Assembly: GCA_964470515.1 (NCBI GenBank)
Contig: CAYYDD010000002.1
Coordinates: 3,764-67,763 of the forward strand
DNA length: 64,000 nucleotides
Direction: 5' to 3'
Origin: an uncultured Eubacteriales bacterium
GTDB lineage: Bacteria > Bacillota > Clostridia > Oscillospirales > Acutalibacteraceae
Numbering within the stretch: the stretch's first letter is position 1; the number at the start of each line of letters is the position of its first letter. Shown here piece after piece: positions 55,960-64,000 of this stretch. A model generated the notes under the pieces. The model made no database searches, was not told where the DNA came from, and worked only from the letters and a program-made list of their open reading frames with translations. Position numbers and translations under genes: made by a program.

Positions 55960-55998
55960 GTCAGCAATCGGCGCGGTACGCTGTCGATTGCTGACTTT
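55960..55998 (+). terminator. Hairpin terminator/attenuator between clpX and lon.
   Basis: gtcagcaatcg-(14 nt)-cgattgctgac followed by tttt. Confidence 0.65.
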
Positions 55999-56025
55999 TC
56001 GCTACACACAGGAGTGACTGATACT

Positions 56026-58359
56026 ATGAGTTCGTTACAAAGGCGGGTGTCCCGCATCACCACGCTACCGCTGCTGGCACTGCGCGGTCTGGTGGTGTTC
56101 CCGCAAACATCGGTGCATTTCGATGTGGGACGTGAAAAATCAATAGCCGCATTGCATGAGGCTATGGCCGCCGATCAATGCTTGTTTTTGGTGTCGCAGA
56201 CTAATGTTGAGGACGAGGAACCGAACGTCGATCAGCTGTGCGCGACCGGTGTGGTGGTGCGCGTTCGTCAGGTGCTGCGTATGCCGTCGGATACGCTACG
56301 CATTATGGTGGAGGCGCAATACCGCGCCCGTATCCGCACCGTGGTACAGAGCGATCCGGTGTGTATGGTCGAGGTTAAGGAATGCTTGACCCGCGGCTTG
56401 ACTGATCCGGCAGAGGCGACTGCCTACCGTCGGGAATGCCACGCGTATTTTGACCGTTACGCCGCGCTTTCCGGTGAGATCGACGAAGAAACGCGTCGCC
56501 GCATTGGTATGTGCCGCGATATTGAGGTATTACCCGATATCATTACTGATTCTCTGCCTGCGCCTTCCGAGGAAAAGCAGCCGATACTGGATGCGCTGTC
56601 GCTGGAAACGCGGTTGCATACGGTGCTTCGGTTGCTGGCATCGGAGATCGATATTCTGGAGCTGGAACGCGGCATCGAACAGCGGGTGCAGACCGCTATT
56701 GATAAAAATCAGCGCGACTATTACCTGCACGAGCAGATGAAGGTCATCGCGTCCGAGCTGGGCGAGGAGGATGACCCTGTGGGTGAGGCCGAGGAGTTGC
56801 GCCGCACCGTCCGGGAGCGTCATCTGCCGGTGGAGGTCGAGCAGAAGCTACTCAAGGAATGTGACAAGCTGGCCAAAATGCCGTTCGGCTCGCACGAGGC
56901 GACGGTGGTGCGGCTGTACTTAGATACCTGTCTCAGCCTGCCGTGGGGTACCTACTCCGAGGAACAGCTGGATCTGGAGGCGGCAAGCCGTATTCTGGAG
57001 CGCGATCATTACGGCTTGAAAAAGGTGAAAGAACGCATTCTCGATCTGCTCGCGGTGCGCTGTCTTACCGGCGGTACAAAGGGACAGATCATTTGCCTGG
57101 TCGGCCCTCCCGGTGTGGGTAAGACCTCAATCGCCAAGTCCATTGCTGAGGCTCTGGGGCGTGCGTACGTGCGTGTGTCGCTGGGTGGTGTGCGTGACGA
57201 AGCGGAGATCCGTGGTCACCGCCGCACCTATATCGGCTCCAAGGCCGGGCGTATCATTGAGGCGATTATGCAGGCCAAGACCTCCAATCCGCTGATCCTG
57301 CTGGACGAGATCGACAAGCTGGCTTCCTCGCCGAACGGCGATCCGTCCTCGGCCTTGCTGGAGGTGCTGGATACCGAGCAGAATTTCTCGTTCCGCGATC
57401 ATTATCTGGAGTTGCCGTACGATCTGTCGCAGGTGCTGTTCATCACCACCGCCAACAACGCAGAGGATATCCCCGCCCCGTTGTATGACCGTATGGACGT
57501 GATCACGCTGTCCAGCTACACGGAGGAGGAGAAATTTCATATCGCCCGCGAGCATCTGGTGAAGAAGCAGCTGAAGCAAAACGGCTTGAACGGCCGTCAG
57601 CTTCGTGTTACGGATGCCGCGCTCCGTTTACTGATCGACGGGTACACCCGCGAGGGTGGCGTGCGTAATCTGGAACGTTCGCTGGGCACACTGTGCCGCA
57701 AAAGTGCGCAGAAGATCGTGTCGGGTGAAGCTAAGAGCATCAACATCCGCCCCGAATCGGTGGAGAGCTATCTCGGTCCGCGCCGCTTTAAGGACGATGA
57801 GACCTCCAAGGTGGATGAGATCGGCGTGGTCAACGGCTTGGCGTGGACGGCTGTCGGCGGCGAGACGATGCCCGTTGAGGTCGCTGTGATGGACGGCACG
57901 GGCAAGGTGGAGCTGACCGGCTCGCTCGGTGACGTGATGAAGGAATCCGCCCGTGCGGCGATCAGCTACGTGCGATCCCGAGCGGATCGCTGGCATATCG
58001 ACGGCGATTTTTATAAGACCAAGGATATCCATATCCACGTGCCGGAGGGTGCGGTGCCGAAGGATGGCCCGTCCGCCGGTGTGACGATGGCGACGGCGAT
58101 GGTGTCGGCGCTGACGGGTATTCCGGTGCGCCACGATGTGGCGATGACCGGTGAGATTTCGCTACGCGGCCGGGTGTTGCCCATCGGTGGCTTGAAGGAA
58201 AAAACGATGGCGGCGTATCGCCATCATCTGACCACGGTGGTCATTCCGCAGGCGAACGAGCCGGATCTGGCCGAGCTGGACGACGTGGTGCGCAGTAAGC
58301 TGCGTTTCGTGACGGCGCAGAGTATGGATACCGTGCTGGAAACGGCACTGAGAATGTGA
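56026..58359 (+). CDS. lon: Endopeptidase La (Lon protease).
   Basis: LPLLALRGLVVFP, GPPGVGKTS, DGPSAGVTM catalytic serine. Confidence 0.95.
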   Translation: MSSLQRRVSRITTLPLLALRGLVVFPQTSVHFDVGREKSIAALHEAMAADQCLFLVSQTNVEDEEPNVDQLCATGVVVRVRQVLRMPSDTLRIMVEAQYRARIRTVVQSDPVCMVEVKECLTRGLTDPAEATAYRRECHAYFDRYAALSGEIDEETRRRIGMCRDIEVLPDIITDSLPAPSEEKQPILDALSLETRLHTVLRLLASEIDILELERGIEQRVQTAIDKNQRDYYLHEQMKVIASELGEEDDPVGEAEELRRTVRERHLPVEVEQKLLKECDKLAKMPFGSHEATVVRLYLDTCLSLPWGTYSEEQLDLEAASRILERDHYGLKKVKERILDLLAVRCLTGGTKGQIICLVGPPGVGKTSIAKSIAEALGRAYVRVSLGGVRDEAEIRGHRRTYIGSKAGRIIEAIMQAKTSNPLILLDEIDKLASSPNGDPSSALLEVLDTEQNFSFRDHYLELPYDLSQVLFITTANNAEDIPAPLYDRMDVITLSSYTEEEKFHIAREHLVKKQLKQNGLNGRQLRVTDAALRLLIDGYTREGGVRNLERSLGTLCRKSAQKIVSGEAKSINIRPESVESYLGPRRFKDDETSKVDEIGVVNGLAWTAVGGETMPVEVAVMDGTGKVELTGSLGDVMKESARAAISYVRSRADRWHIDGDFYKTKDIHIHVPEGAVPKDGPSAGVTMATAMVSALTGIPVRHDVAMTGEISLRGRVLPIGGLKEKTMAAYRHHLTTVVIPQANEPDLAELDDVVRSKLRFVTAQSMDTVLETALRM

Positions 58360-58378
58360 GAACAGAGGAGGCGGCAGA

Positions 58379-58963
58379 GTGAAGATCGAATCCGCACAAT
58401 TTGAATTATCGGTAGGACTCGGCAGTCAGCTGCCGCCGTCCGAACTGCCGGAGGTGGCAGTATCGGGCCGTTCCAACGTGGGGAAATCCTCGCTTATCAA
58501 CCGACTGCTCAATCGCAGATCGCTGGCGCGCACCAGTGCCACGCCGGGCAAGACCGTCACAGTCAACTTTTACCGGCTGGATACGATGCGACTGGTCGAT
58601 CTTCCCGGTTACGGATATGCGAAGCTGTCGCGTTCCGAAAAGCAGCGGTTTTCCGATGCGATCGGCAAGTATCTGGGTGATGACCGCGACCTGCGCTTGG
58701 TGTTGCAACTTATTGATATGCGACATCCGCCCACGGAGGATGACTGTCAAATGCTGGAGGCTCTGGCCGAAAGCGGGCTACCGTTCCTCGTGGTGCTCAC
58801 GAAGTCGGATAAGCTTAACCGCACTGAACGCGCAGCGCAGCTCAAGCTGTTTGAAGAAGCATTTGCCGAGTATGAGGGCTTGCAGGTCCTTCCGTTTTCG
58901 TCGCAAAACGGCGAGGGCGTGGAGACACTACGTGAGATATTGGCTGAGGTTACCGCAGAATGA
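58379..58963 (+). CDS. engB: Ribosome biogenesis GTP-binding protein YsxC/EngB.
   Basis: GRSNVGKSSLIN, DLPGYGYA, TKSDK. Confidence 0.9.
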   Translation: MKIESAQFELSVGLGSQLPPSELPEVAVSGRSNVGKSSLINRLLNRRSLARTSATPGKTVTVNFYRLDTMRLVDLPGYGYAKLSRSEKQRFSDAIGKYLGDDRDLRLVLQLIDMRHPPTEDDCQMLEALAESGLPFLVVLTKSDKLNRTERAAQLKLFEEAFAEYEGLQVLPFSSQNGEGVETLREILAEVTAE

Positions 58964-58971
58964 AAGGACGG

Positions 58972-59133
58972 ATGATGATGGTTATCGAAAAGAAGACCTA
59001 CGAATCCCCTGATATGGAGTTCTTGACACTGACGACACCCGAGGAGTTGGCCTCTCTCAGTGTGGACGATACGTCGGATGAGCCACAGCCCTACGCTACA
59101 ACGAGCGACAGCAAATGGACACCGTGGATATGA
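58972..59133 (+). CDS. Small acidic protein (53 aa), hypothetical. Not in the ORF track.
   Basis: RBS aaagga, then ATGATGATG. Translation: MMMVIEKKTYESPDMEFLTLTTPEELASLSVDDTSDEPQPYATTSDSKWTPWI. Confidence 0.35.
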   Translation: MMMVIEKKTYESPDMEFLTLTTPEELASLSVDDTSDEPQPYATTSDSKWTPWI

Positions 59134-59241
59134 CGCGTTGATTTTAAATTTTTCCAACTGTGTATTGTTTCCCAAAGCAGGACAAACTATAGCTGACGAA
59201 TGTATCTCATTCGTCGGATCTCAGCTGAAGGAGGTACCGGT

Positions 59242-59415
59242 ATGGAAATCAATACTTGCAAGGAAAACAAGGCGATCCAGTGTTCGGTGCAGCAGTGCCG
59301 CTATCATTGCACGGAAGGCAACTACTGCTCGCTGAATTCGATCAAGGTGGGTACGCACGAAATGAATCCCACCGATTGTCAGTGCACGGATTGCCAGTCG
59401 TTCGAGTGCAAATAA
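59242..59415 (+). CDS. DUF1540 domain protein.
   Basis: C-x-V-x-x-C-x-Y-H repeats (CSVQQCRYH, CQCTDCQSFEC). RBS gaaggagg. Confidence 0.75.
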   Translation: MEINTCKENKAIQCSVQQCRYHCTEGNYCSLNSIKVGTHEMNPTDCQCTDCQSFECK

Positions 59416-59430
59416 GCTGACAAACAAAAA

Positions 59431-59463
59431 CGGAGAAAGACCACACGGTCTTTCTCCGTTTTT
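59431..59463. terminator. Bidirectional terminator (DUF1540 gene / dapB).
   Basis: cggagaaagacc-acac-ggtctttctccg, flanked by A and T runs. Confidence 0.85.
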
Positions 59464-59475
59464 CATTACGACGTG

Positions 59476-60228
59476 TTACGACATCAGATCCTTCATCGTA
59501 TACAGCCGGGCGGGGCGGCCGACGAGGAACTGGGCGGCGCTGACAGCACCGGCGGCGAAAATTTCCTTGGACATTGCGGAGTGGGACAGGCTGATGCATT
59601 CATCGTGCCCGGCAAACAGGATTTCGTGCTCGCCCACGATGGTGCCTCCGCGCACCGAGCTGAAGCCGATCTCGTGCGGATCACGCTTTTCGCGGACGGC
59701 GTGGCGGTCGTACACCGATTTCGGCGCATAGGGGAGCCCCTCGGCCACCGCGTCGGCCAGCATCAGTGCCGTGCCGGACGGAGCGTCGATCTTCTGGTTA
59801 TGGTGCTTTTCGATGATCTCCACATCAAACGATGCGCCGAGAATGGAAGCCGCTTTCTTGGCAAGCTCGGCGAGCAGACTGACACCCAGCGACATATTGG
59901 CACTGGAAAACAGTGCGATGTGCTGTGCCGCGTCATTTACCAGAGCACGGTCTTCATCTGACAAGCCCGTGGTGGCGATGACAGCGCCCATCCCATGCTC
60001 CTCAGCGTAGCGAAGCACGCCGGGCAGTGCTGAGGGGTGTGAAAAATCAATGACGACATCCGCCGTGATATCACAGTTTTGTGGGTTGGCGTACACCGGA
60101 AACCCGGCGGCGGAATCAGTGTTGCGGTCAAATCCCGCGACGATCTCGCAATCCATCCGTTCTTTGACGCACGCGGTAACGGCGCGTCCCATCTTGCCGT
60201 TGCAGCCGCAAACGATCAGCCTGGTCAT
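59476..60228 (-). CDS. dapB: 4-hydroxy-tetrahydrodipicolinate reductase.
   Basis: GCNGKMG, EKHHNQKIDAPSGTA. Confidence 0.9.
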   Translation of the reverse strand: MTRLIVCGCNGKMGRAVTACVKERMDCEIVAGFDRNTDSAAGFPVYANPQNCDITADVVIDFSHPSALPGVLRYAEEHGMGAVIATTGLSDEDRALVNDAAQHIALFSSANMSLGVSLLAELAKKAASILGASFDVEIIEKHHNQKIDAPSGTALMLADAVAEGLPYAPKSVYDRHAVREKRDPHEIGFSSVRGGTIVGEHEILFAGHDECISLSHSAMSKEIFAAGAVSAAQFLVGRPARLYTMKDLMS

Positions 60229-60240
60229 ACAAACAATCCT

Positions 60241-61128
60241 TTACTTTATAAGATCATACCGCTCTAGCACCGCCCGCAGCTTTTCCTTGGCGGCGGCATC
60301 CATTTCGTACAGCGGGAGTCGGCATTCACCGACGTTCATTCCCATCATATTCATCGCTTCCTTGACGGGAATGGGGTTGACATCCATAAACAGCGCGTTG
60401 GCCAGCTCCAGATACTTCAGCTGCAACCGTAGGCTTTTCTCCGGCTTACCCTCAAACCACGCGGTGCACAACTCGTGCACGGCACGCGGTACGACGTTGG
60501 ACAACACCGAGATGACACCCTTGCCGCCGAGAGCCAGCGTGGGGATGATGAGATCGTCGTTGCCGGAGTAGATCGGAATATCGCACAGCGAGGCGAGCAC
60601 TGTCGTTTCCGACAGATTGCTACTGGCCTGCTTGATGGCGTTGATCTGCGGGATCTTATACAGCTCTGCCACCGTTTCCGGCTTGAGGTTCACACCGGTG
60701 CGGCTGGGGACGTTGTACAGGATCATCGGCAGATCCACCGACGCAGCGATCTTGGTGTAATGCGCGATCAGCCCGCGCTGTGAGGATTTGTTATAATACG
60801 GGGTGACGAGCAACAGACCGTCCGCGCCCATTGCGCGGGATTCGCGTGACATATAAATGGCGTGCCCGGTGTTGTTCGAGCCGGTGCCCGCGATGACGGG
60901 AACACGTCCTGCCGTATGCTCGATGGCGACTCGTAGCGCTTCCAGATGCTCATCGTCATCCAGTGTGGGCGCTTCGCCGGTGGTACCGACGGCGATGAGG
61001 GCATCGGTGCCGTTTTCGATCTGGAAATCAATGAGCTCGCGGTACTTCCCGAAATTGATACTTCCGTCCGGATTCATAGGTGTGATAAGTGCCACGCCTG
61101 CCCCGGTAAAGATGGCCGGTTTACTCAT
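60241..61128 (-). CDS. dapA: 4-hydroxy-tetrahydrodipicolinate synthase.
   Basis: GAGVALITPM, GTTGE, and a catalytic Lys region (IKQAS). Start at MSKPAIF with RBS ggagg. Confidence 0.9.
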   Translation of the reverse strand: MSKPAIFTGAGVALITPMNPDGSINFGKYRELIDFQIENGTDALIAVGTTGEAPTLDDDEHLEALRVAIEHTAGRVPVIAGTGSNNTGHAIYMSRESRAMGADGLLLVTPYYNKSSQRGLIAHYTKIAASVDLPMILYNVPSRTGVNLKPETVAELYKIPQINAIKQASSNLSETTVLASLCDIPIYSGNDDLIIPTLALGGKGVISVLSNVVPRAVHELCTAWFEGKPEKSLRLQLKYLELANALFMDVNPIPVKEAMNMMGMNVGECRLPLYEMDAAAKEKLRAVLERYDLIK

Positions 61129-61154
61129 ACGTTGACCTCCTTGAAAATGAATGC

Positions 61155-62231
61155 TCAGTCCATATAGCCCTCGGCGCACAGCAACTCAGCGAGCAGCACG
61201 GCACCGCCGGCCGCACCGCGCAGGGTGTTGTGCGACAGACCGACAAACTTATAGTCGTACTGCGAGTCTTCACGCAGGCGACCCAGCGAGATGGCCATAC
61301 CGCCCTCAAGACCGCGATGCAGACGGGTCTGCGGCATATTGTTCTCCTCGAAATAATGCAGGAACTGCTTGGGGGCGCTGGGCAGATCGAGCTCCTGCGC
61401 ACGGCCGCGGAACGAGGCCCAGGTCTGCAGAATTTCCTCGCGGGTGGGCTTCTTCTCAAACGAGCAGAATACCGCTGCGAAGTGACCGTCCGTCACCGGG
61501 ACACGCAGGCACTGTGCCGTGAACGCGGGGGAGGTGGCGGGAACAATAACACCATTCTCCACATGACCCCAGATCTTCAGCGGCTCCTGCTCGGACTTTT
61601 CTTCCTCACCGCCGATGTAGGGAATGAGGTTATCTACCATTTCGGGCCAACGCTCAAAGGTTTTGCCCGCGCCGGAGATGGCCTGATAGGTGCAGACCAG
61701 CGATTTGGTGATACCCCACTTGGACAGCGGGAACAGCGCGGGCACGTAGCTCTGGAGCGAGCAGTTGGACTTGACCGCCACAAAGCCGCGCTTGGTGCCC
61801 AGACGCTTGCGCTGATAGGGGATGACCTCCACGTGATCGGCATTTAGCTCGGGGATAATCATCGGGACGTCCGCTGTGCTGCGGTGAGCACTGTTGTTGG
61901 ATACCACAGGGCACTCGGCCTTGGCATATGCTTCTTCCAGTGCACGGATCTCATCCTTTTTCATATCCACGGCACAGAATACAAAATCTGACTGCGCGGC
62001 GACTTCCTCGACTTTTGAGGCATCATACACCGTCATCTTCTTGAGGGACTCGGGCATCGGGACGGTCATCGCCCAGCGATCACCCACGGCCTCCTCGTAG
62101 GTCTTACCGGCGGAGCGGGGGCTGGCGGCCAGCACGCTGACCTTAAACCACGGGTGCTCTGCCAGCAGGGTGGCGAAGCGCTGACCCACCATACCGGTGC
62201 AGCCGATGATACCGACATTGTACGTTTTCAT
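61155..62231 (-). CDS. asd: Aspartate-semialdehyde dehydrogenase.
   Basis: GIIGCTGMVGQR, SNCS active-site Cys region, and C-terminal SHNTLRGAAGGAVL. Confidence 0.9.
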   Translation of the reverse strand: MKTYNVGIIGCTGMVGQRFATLLAEHPWFKVSVLAASPRSAGKTYEEAVGDRWAMTVPMPESLKKMTVYDASKVEEVAAQSDFVFCAVDMKKDEIRALEEAYAKAECPVVSNNSAHRSTADVPMIIPELNADHVEVIPYQRKRLGTKRGFVAVKSNCSLQSYVPALFPLSKWGITKSLVCTYQAISGAGKTFERWPEMVDNLIPYIGGEEEKSEQEPLKIWGHVENGVIVPATSPAFTAQCLRVPVTDGHFAAVFCSFEKKPTREEILQTWASFRGRAQELDLPSAPKQFLHYFEENNMPQTRLHRGLEGGMAISLGRLREDSQYDYKFVGLSHNTLRGAAGGAVLLAELLCAEGYMD

Positions 62232-62309
62232 TGGTAATGCATTCCTTTCGGGAAAAGATGGTCTGAGAATAGGGGATATGCAGATATCACTTGACTTTTC
62301 TCGTTTCCT

Positions 62310-62338
62310 ATTGTAGCATTAAGAGAAGGAGTTGTCAA
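62310..62338 (-). promoter_or_regulatory. Sigma-A promoter of the asd-dapA-dapB operon.
   Basis: On the minus strand: TTGACA, 17-nt spacer, TACAAT. Confidence 0.6.
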
Positions 62339-62380
62339 TAATTGCGGGGCGTTTGTAAGCCCGTAGGAGCACGATTTTTA

Positions 62381-63412
62381 ATGGAAATGAAACGCACAGA
62401 CTTTAATTATGACCTGCCGCAGGAGCTGATCGCGCAGGAGCCGCTGGAGCCACGGGATCATTCACGCCTTTTGGTGCTCGACCGTGCGACCGGCGAACGC
62501 CGTGACCGGCATTTTTACGATATTGAGGAATTTTTGAACGAGGGCGATTGCCTCATTCTCAATGACAGCCGCGTGTTGCCGGCCCGCCTTTACGGTAACC
62601 GTAAGGAAACGGGTGCCGCAGTGGAATTGCTGCTACTCAGCCCGCACGGGAGCGACGTGTGGGAGGTTCTGGCCGGCCCCGGTCGCAAGGCGCGTCCCGG
62701 CAACGTGCTGATCTTCGGCGGAGGTTTGCTGGAGGCCGAGGTGCTGGAGATCTTAGACGGTGGCAACCGTCTGGTAAAATTCCGCTATGAGGGCAATTTT
62801 TACGCACTGCTGGAGCAGATCGGGCAGATGCCGCTGCCACATTATATTACGCACGAGCTGAAAGAGAAAGAACGCTACCAGACGGTTTATTCCCGCGAAC
62901 TCGGCTCGGCGGCCGCACCGACGGCGGGCTTGCATTTTACCCCCGAGCTGCTGGAACGATTAAAAAACAAGGGCGTGCGCATCGGGTTTGTCACACTGCA
63001 CGTCGGGCTCGGCACGTTTCGCCCGGTAAAAGAGGAGAACATTCTCAACCATAAGATGCATTCCGAGCATTACGAGCTGTCGGAGGAAACGGCGTCTCTG
63101 ATAAACCGCACCCGCGCCGAGGGCGGCCGCGTATTCGCGGTGGGTACGACGAGCTGCCGTACGCTGGAAAGCGTGGGTCTGCGCGACGGTCGGATGCCTG
63201 CCGCCGAGGGGTGGACGGAAATATTCATTTACCCCGGTTATCAATTTCAGGTATTGGACGGGCTCATCACCAATTTCCACCTGCCGGAAAGCACACTCAT
63301 TATGCTGGTATCCGCCTTTGCAGGGCACGAGCTGACGATGGAAACATATCGATATGCGGTGGAGCAGCAGTATCGCTTCTTCAGTTTCGGCGATGCAATG
63401 CTCATAGTATAG
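62381..63412 (+). CDS. queA: S-adenosylmethionine:tRNA ribosyltransferase-isomerase.
   Basis: [25 protein letters not shown] (here [12 protein letters not shown]), SFGDAMLI. Confidence 0.9.
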   Translation: MEMKRTDFNYDLPQELIAQEPLEPRDHSRLLVLDRATGERRDRHFYDIEEFLNEGDCLILNDSRVLPARLYGNRKETGAAVELLLLSPHGSDVWEVLAGPGRKARPGNVLIFGGGLLEAEVLEILDGGNRLVKFRYEGNFYALLEQIGQMPLPHYITHELKEKERYQTVYSRELGSAAAPTAGLHFTPELLERLKNKGVRIGFVTLHVGLGTFRPVKEENILNHKMHSEHYELSEETASLINRTRAEGGRVFAVGTTSCRTLESVGLRDGRMPAAEGWTEIFIYPGYQFQVLDGLITNFHLPESTLIMLVSAFAGHELTMETYRYAVEQQYRFFSFGDAMLIV

Positions 63413-63492
63413 GTGTAAATTTGCAGGGGACGATGCCCACATCGTCTCGCAGGCGGATGAAGGGCATCAAATTGATAATATAGGAGAATACA

Positions 63493-64000
63493 ATGAAAAT
63501 TTTAACGACCTGCGGTGCCGCGCGCCGCGGTGCATTGGAGACCCCGCACGGCACGGTGCAAACGCCGGCTTTTATGAACGTGGCGACCTGCGGTGCCATC
63601 AAGGGCGCGGTATCGGCCTACGATCTGCGGGACATCAAATGTCAGGTACAGCTCTGCAACACCTATCATCTGCATCTGCGCCCCGGCGAACAACTGGTGC
63701 GCGATATGGGCGGTCTGCACCGCTTTACCGGGTGGGACGGCCCGATCTTGACGGATAGTGGCGGCTTTCAGGTGTTTTCACTGGCCAAGCTGCGAAAAAT
63801 ACGGGAGGAGGGTGTGACCTTCTCGTCTCACGTCGACGGCCAGCGGCTGTTTATCGGGCCGGAGGAGAGTATGCAGATTCAATCCAAGCTCGGCTCCACC
63901 ATTGCGATGGCATTTGACGAGTGCGTGGAAAACCCCGCCAAATACGACTATTCTGCGCGTTCCTGCGAACGCACGACCCGTTGGCTGAAACGCTGTATCG
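63493..64000 (+). CDS. tgt: Queuine tRNA-ribosyltransferase, 3'-partial (runs off the window).
   Basis: MKILTTCGAARRGALETPHGTVQTPAFMNVAT..; TDSGGFQV. Open to the window end, hence absent from the track. Confidence 0.9.
   Translation, partial: MKILTTCGAARRGALETPHGTVQTPAFMNVATCGAIKGAVSAYDLRDIKCQVQLCNTYHLHLRPGEQLVRDMGGLHRFTGWDGPILTDSGGFQVFSLAKLRKIREEGVTFSSHVDGQRLFIGPEESMQIQSKLGSTIAMAFDECVENPAKYDYSARSCERTTRWLKRCI

Noticed and set aside
62232-62340. A lysine riboswitch upstream of asd-dapA-dapB.
   Set aside because: The leader is only about 80 nt after a clear TTGACA-17-TACAAT promoter, far too short for an L-box.
1-64000. CRISPR arrays, rRNA genes, and intact IS elements, transposases or integrases.
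   Set aside because: No regularly spaced 25-40 bp repeats with unique spacers were seen. There are no rRNA-like stretches. No ORF shows DDE, tyrosine-recombinase or serine-recombinase motifs.

Overview
This 64 kb window comes from a high-GC (about 60%), spore-forming Clostridia chromosome. The taxon guess (Oscillospiraceae/Ruminococcaceae-like) rests only on gene content such as spoIVA, an ispH-rpsA fusion and tmcAL. All homology statements come from reading the translations and remembering family motifs. No searches were run.

About 80% of the window (8.7-13.8 kb and 16.6-64 kb) is ordinary, densely packed core genome:
- nagB, tlyA, ispD/ispF, ackA
- cmk-plsC-ispH/rpsA, rpiB, murA, rlmH, zapA
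- spoIVA with an M23 and an M50 peptidase
- rplS-lepB-rbgA-lepB-rnhB-yraN, thrC
- tig-clpP-clpX-lon-engB
- dapB-dapA-asd, queA-tgt

Three accessory segments stand out.

1. nt 1-8600 is a prophage remnant with only part of the head module.
- It holds a giant repeat-rich polyvalent protein in the MuF/minor-head slot, more than 2,400 aa and 5'-partial.
- That protein is continuous only with a -1 shift at a T6G5 run.
- It ends in a DUF4258/BECR-like toxin-type domain.
- A 59-codon Cys-rich ORF absent from the ORF track overlaps its stop codon.
- A scaffolding gene follows, then a major capsid gene cut off after about 110 codons and fused to the nagB promoter.

2. nt 13.9-16.6 kb is a low-GC island directly downstream of tRNA-Pro(GGG).
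- It carries a complete MunI-like type II R-M cassette: controller protein, PD..EIK endonuclease, and a divergent MT-A70 DPPW methyltransferase.
- The cassette is flanked on both sides by phased 10/20-bp arrays of a GTTTCA core motif.
- An hsdS C-terminal relic and an orphan promoter with a palindrome follow.

3. nt 21.4-23.1 kb holds REP-like hairpin repeats and a low-GC AraC-like gene broken at two homopolymer runs.

Other oddities:
- a secreted-protein gene with three in-frame TGA codons
- a 274-bp element bounded by 20-bp inverted repeats in front of cmk
- a tandemly duplicated palindromic -10 region in front of tig

I found no CRISPR array, rRNA gene or intact transposase/integrase. My best candidates for something new are the polyvalent toxin-plus-small-ORF module and the phased repeat arrays around the R-M cassette. 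Both are inferences that need database and experimental checks.
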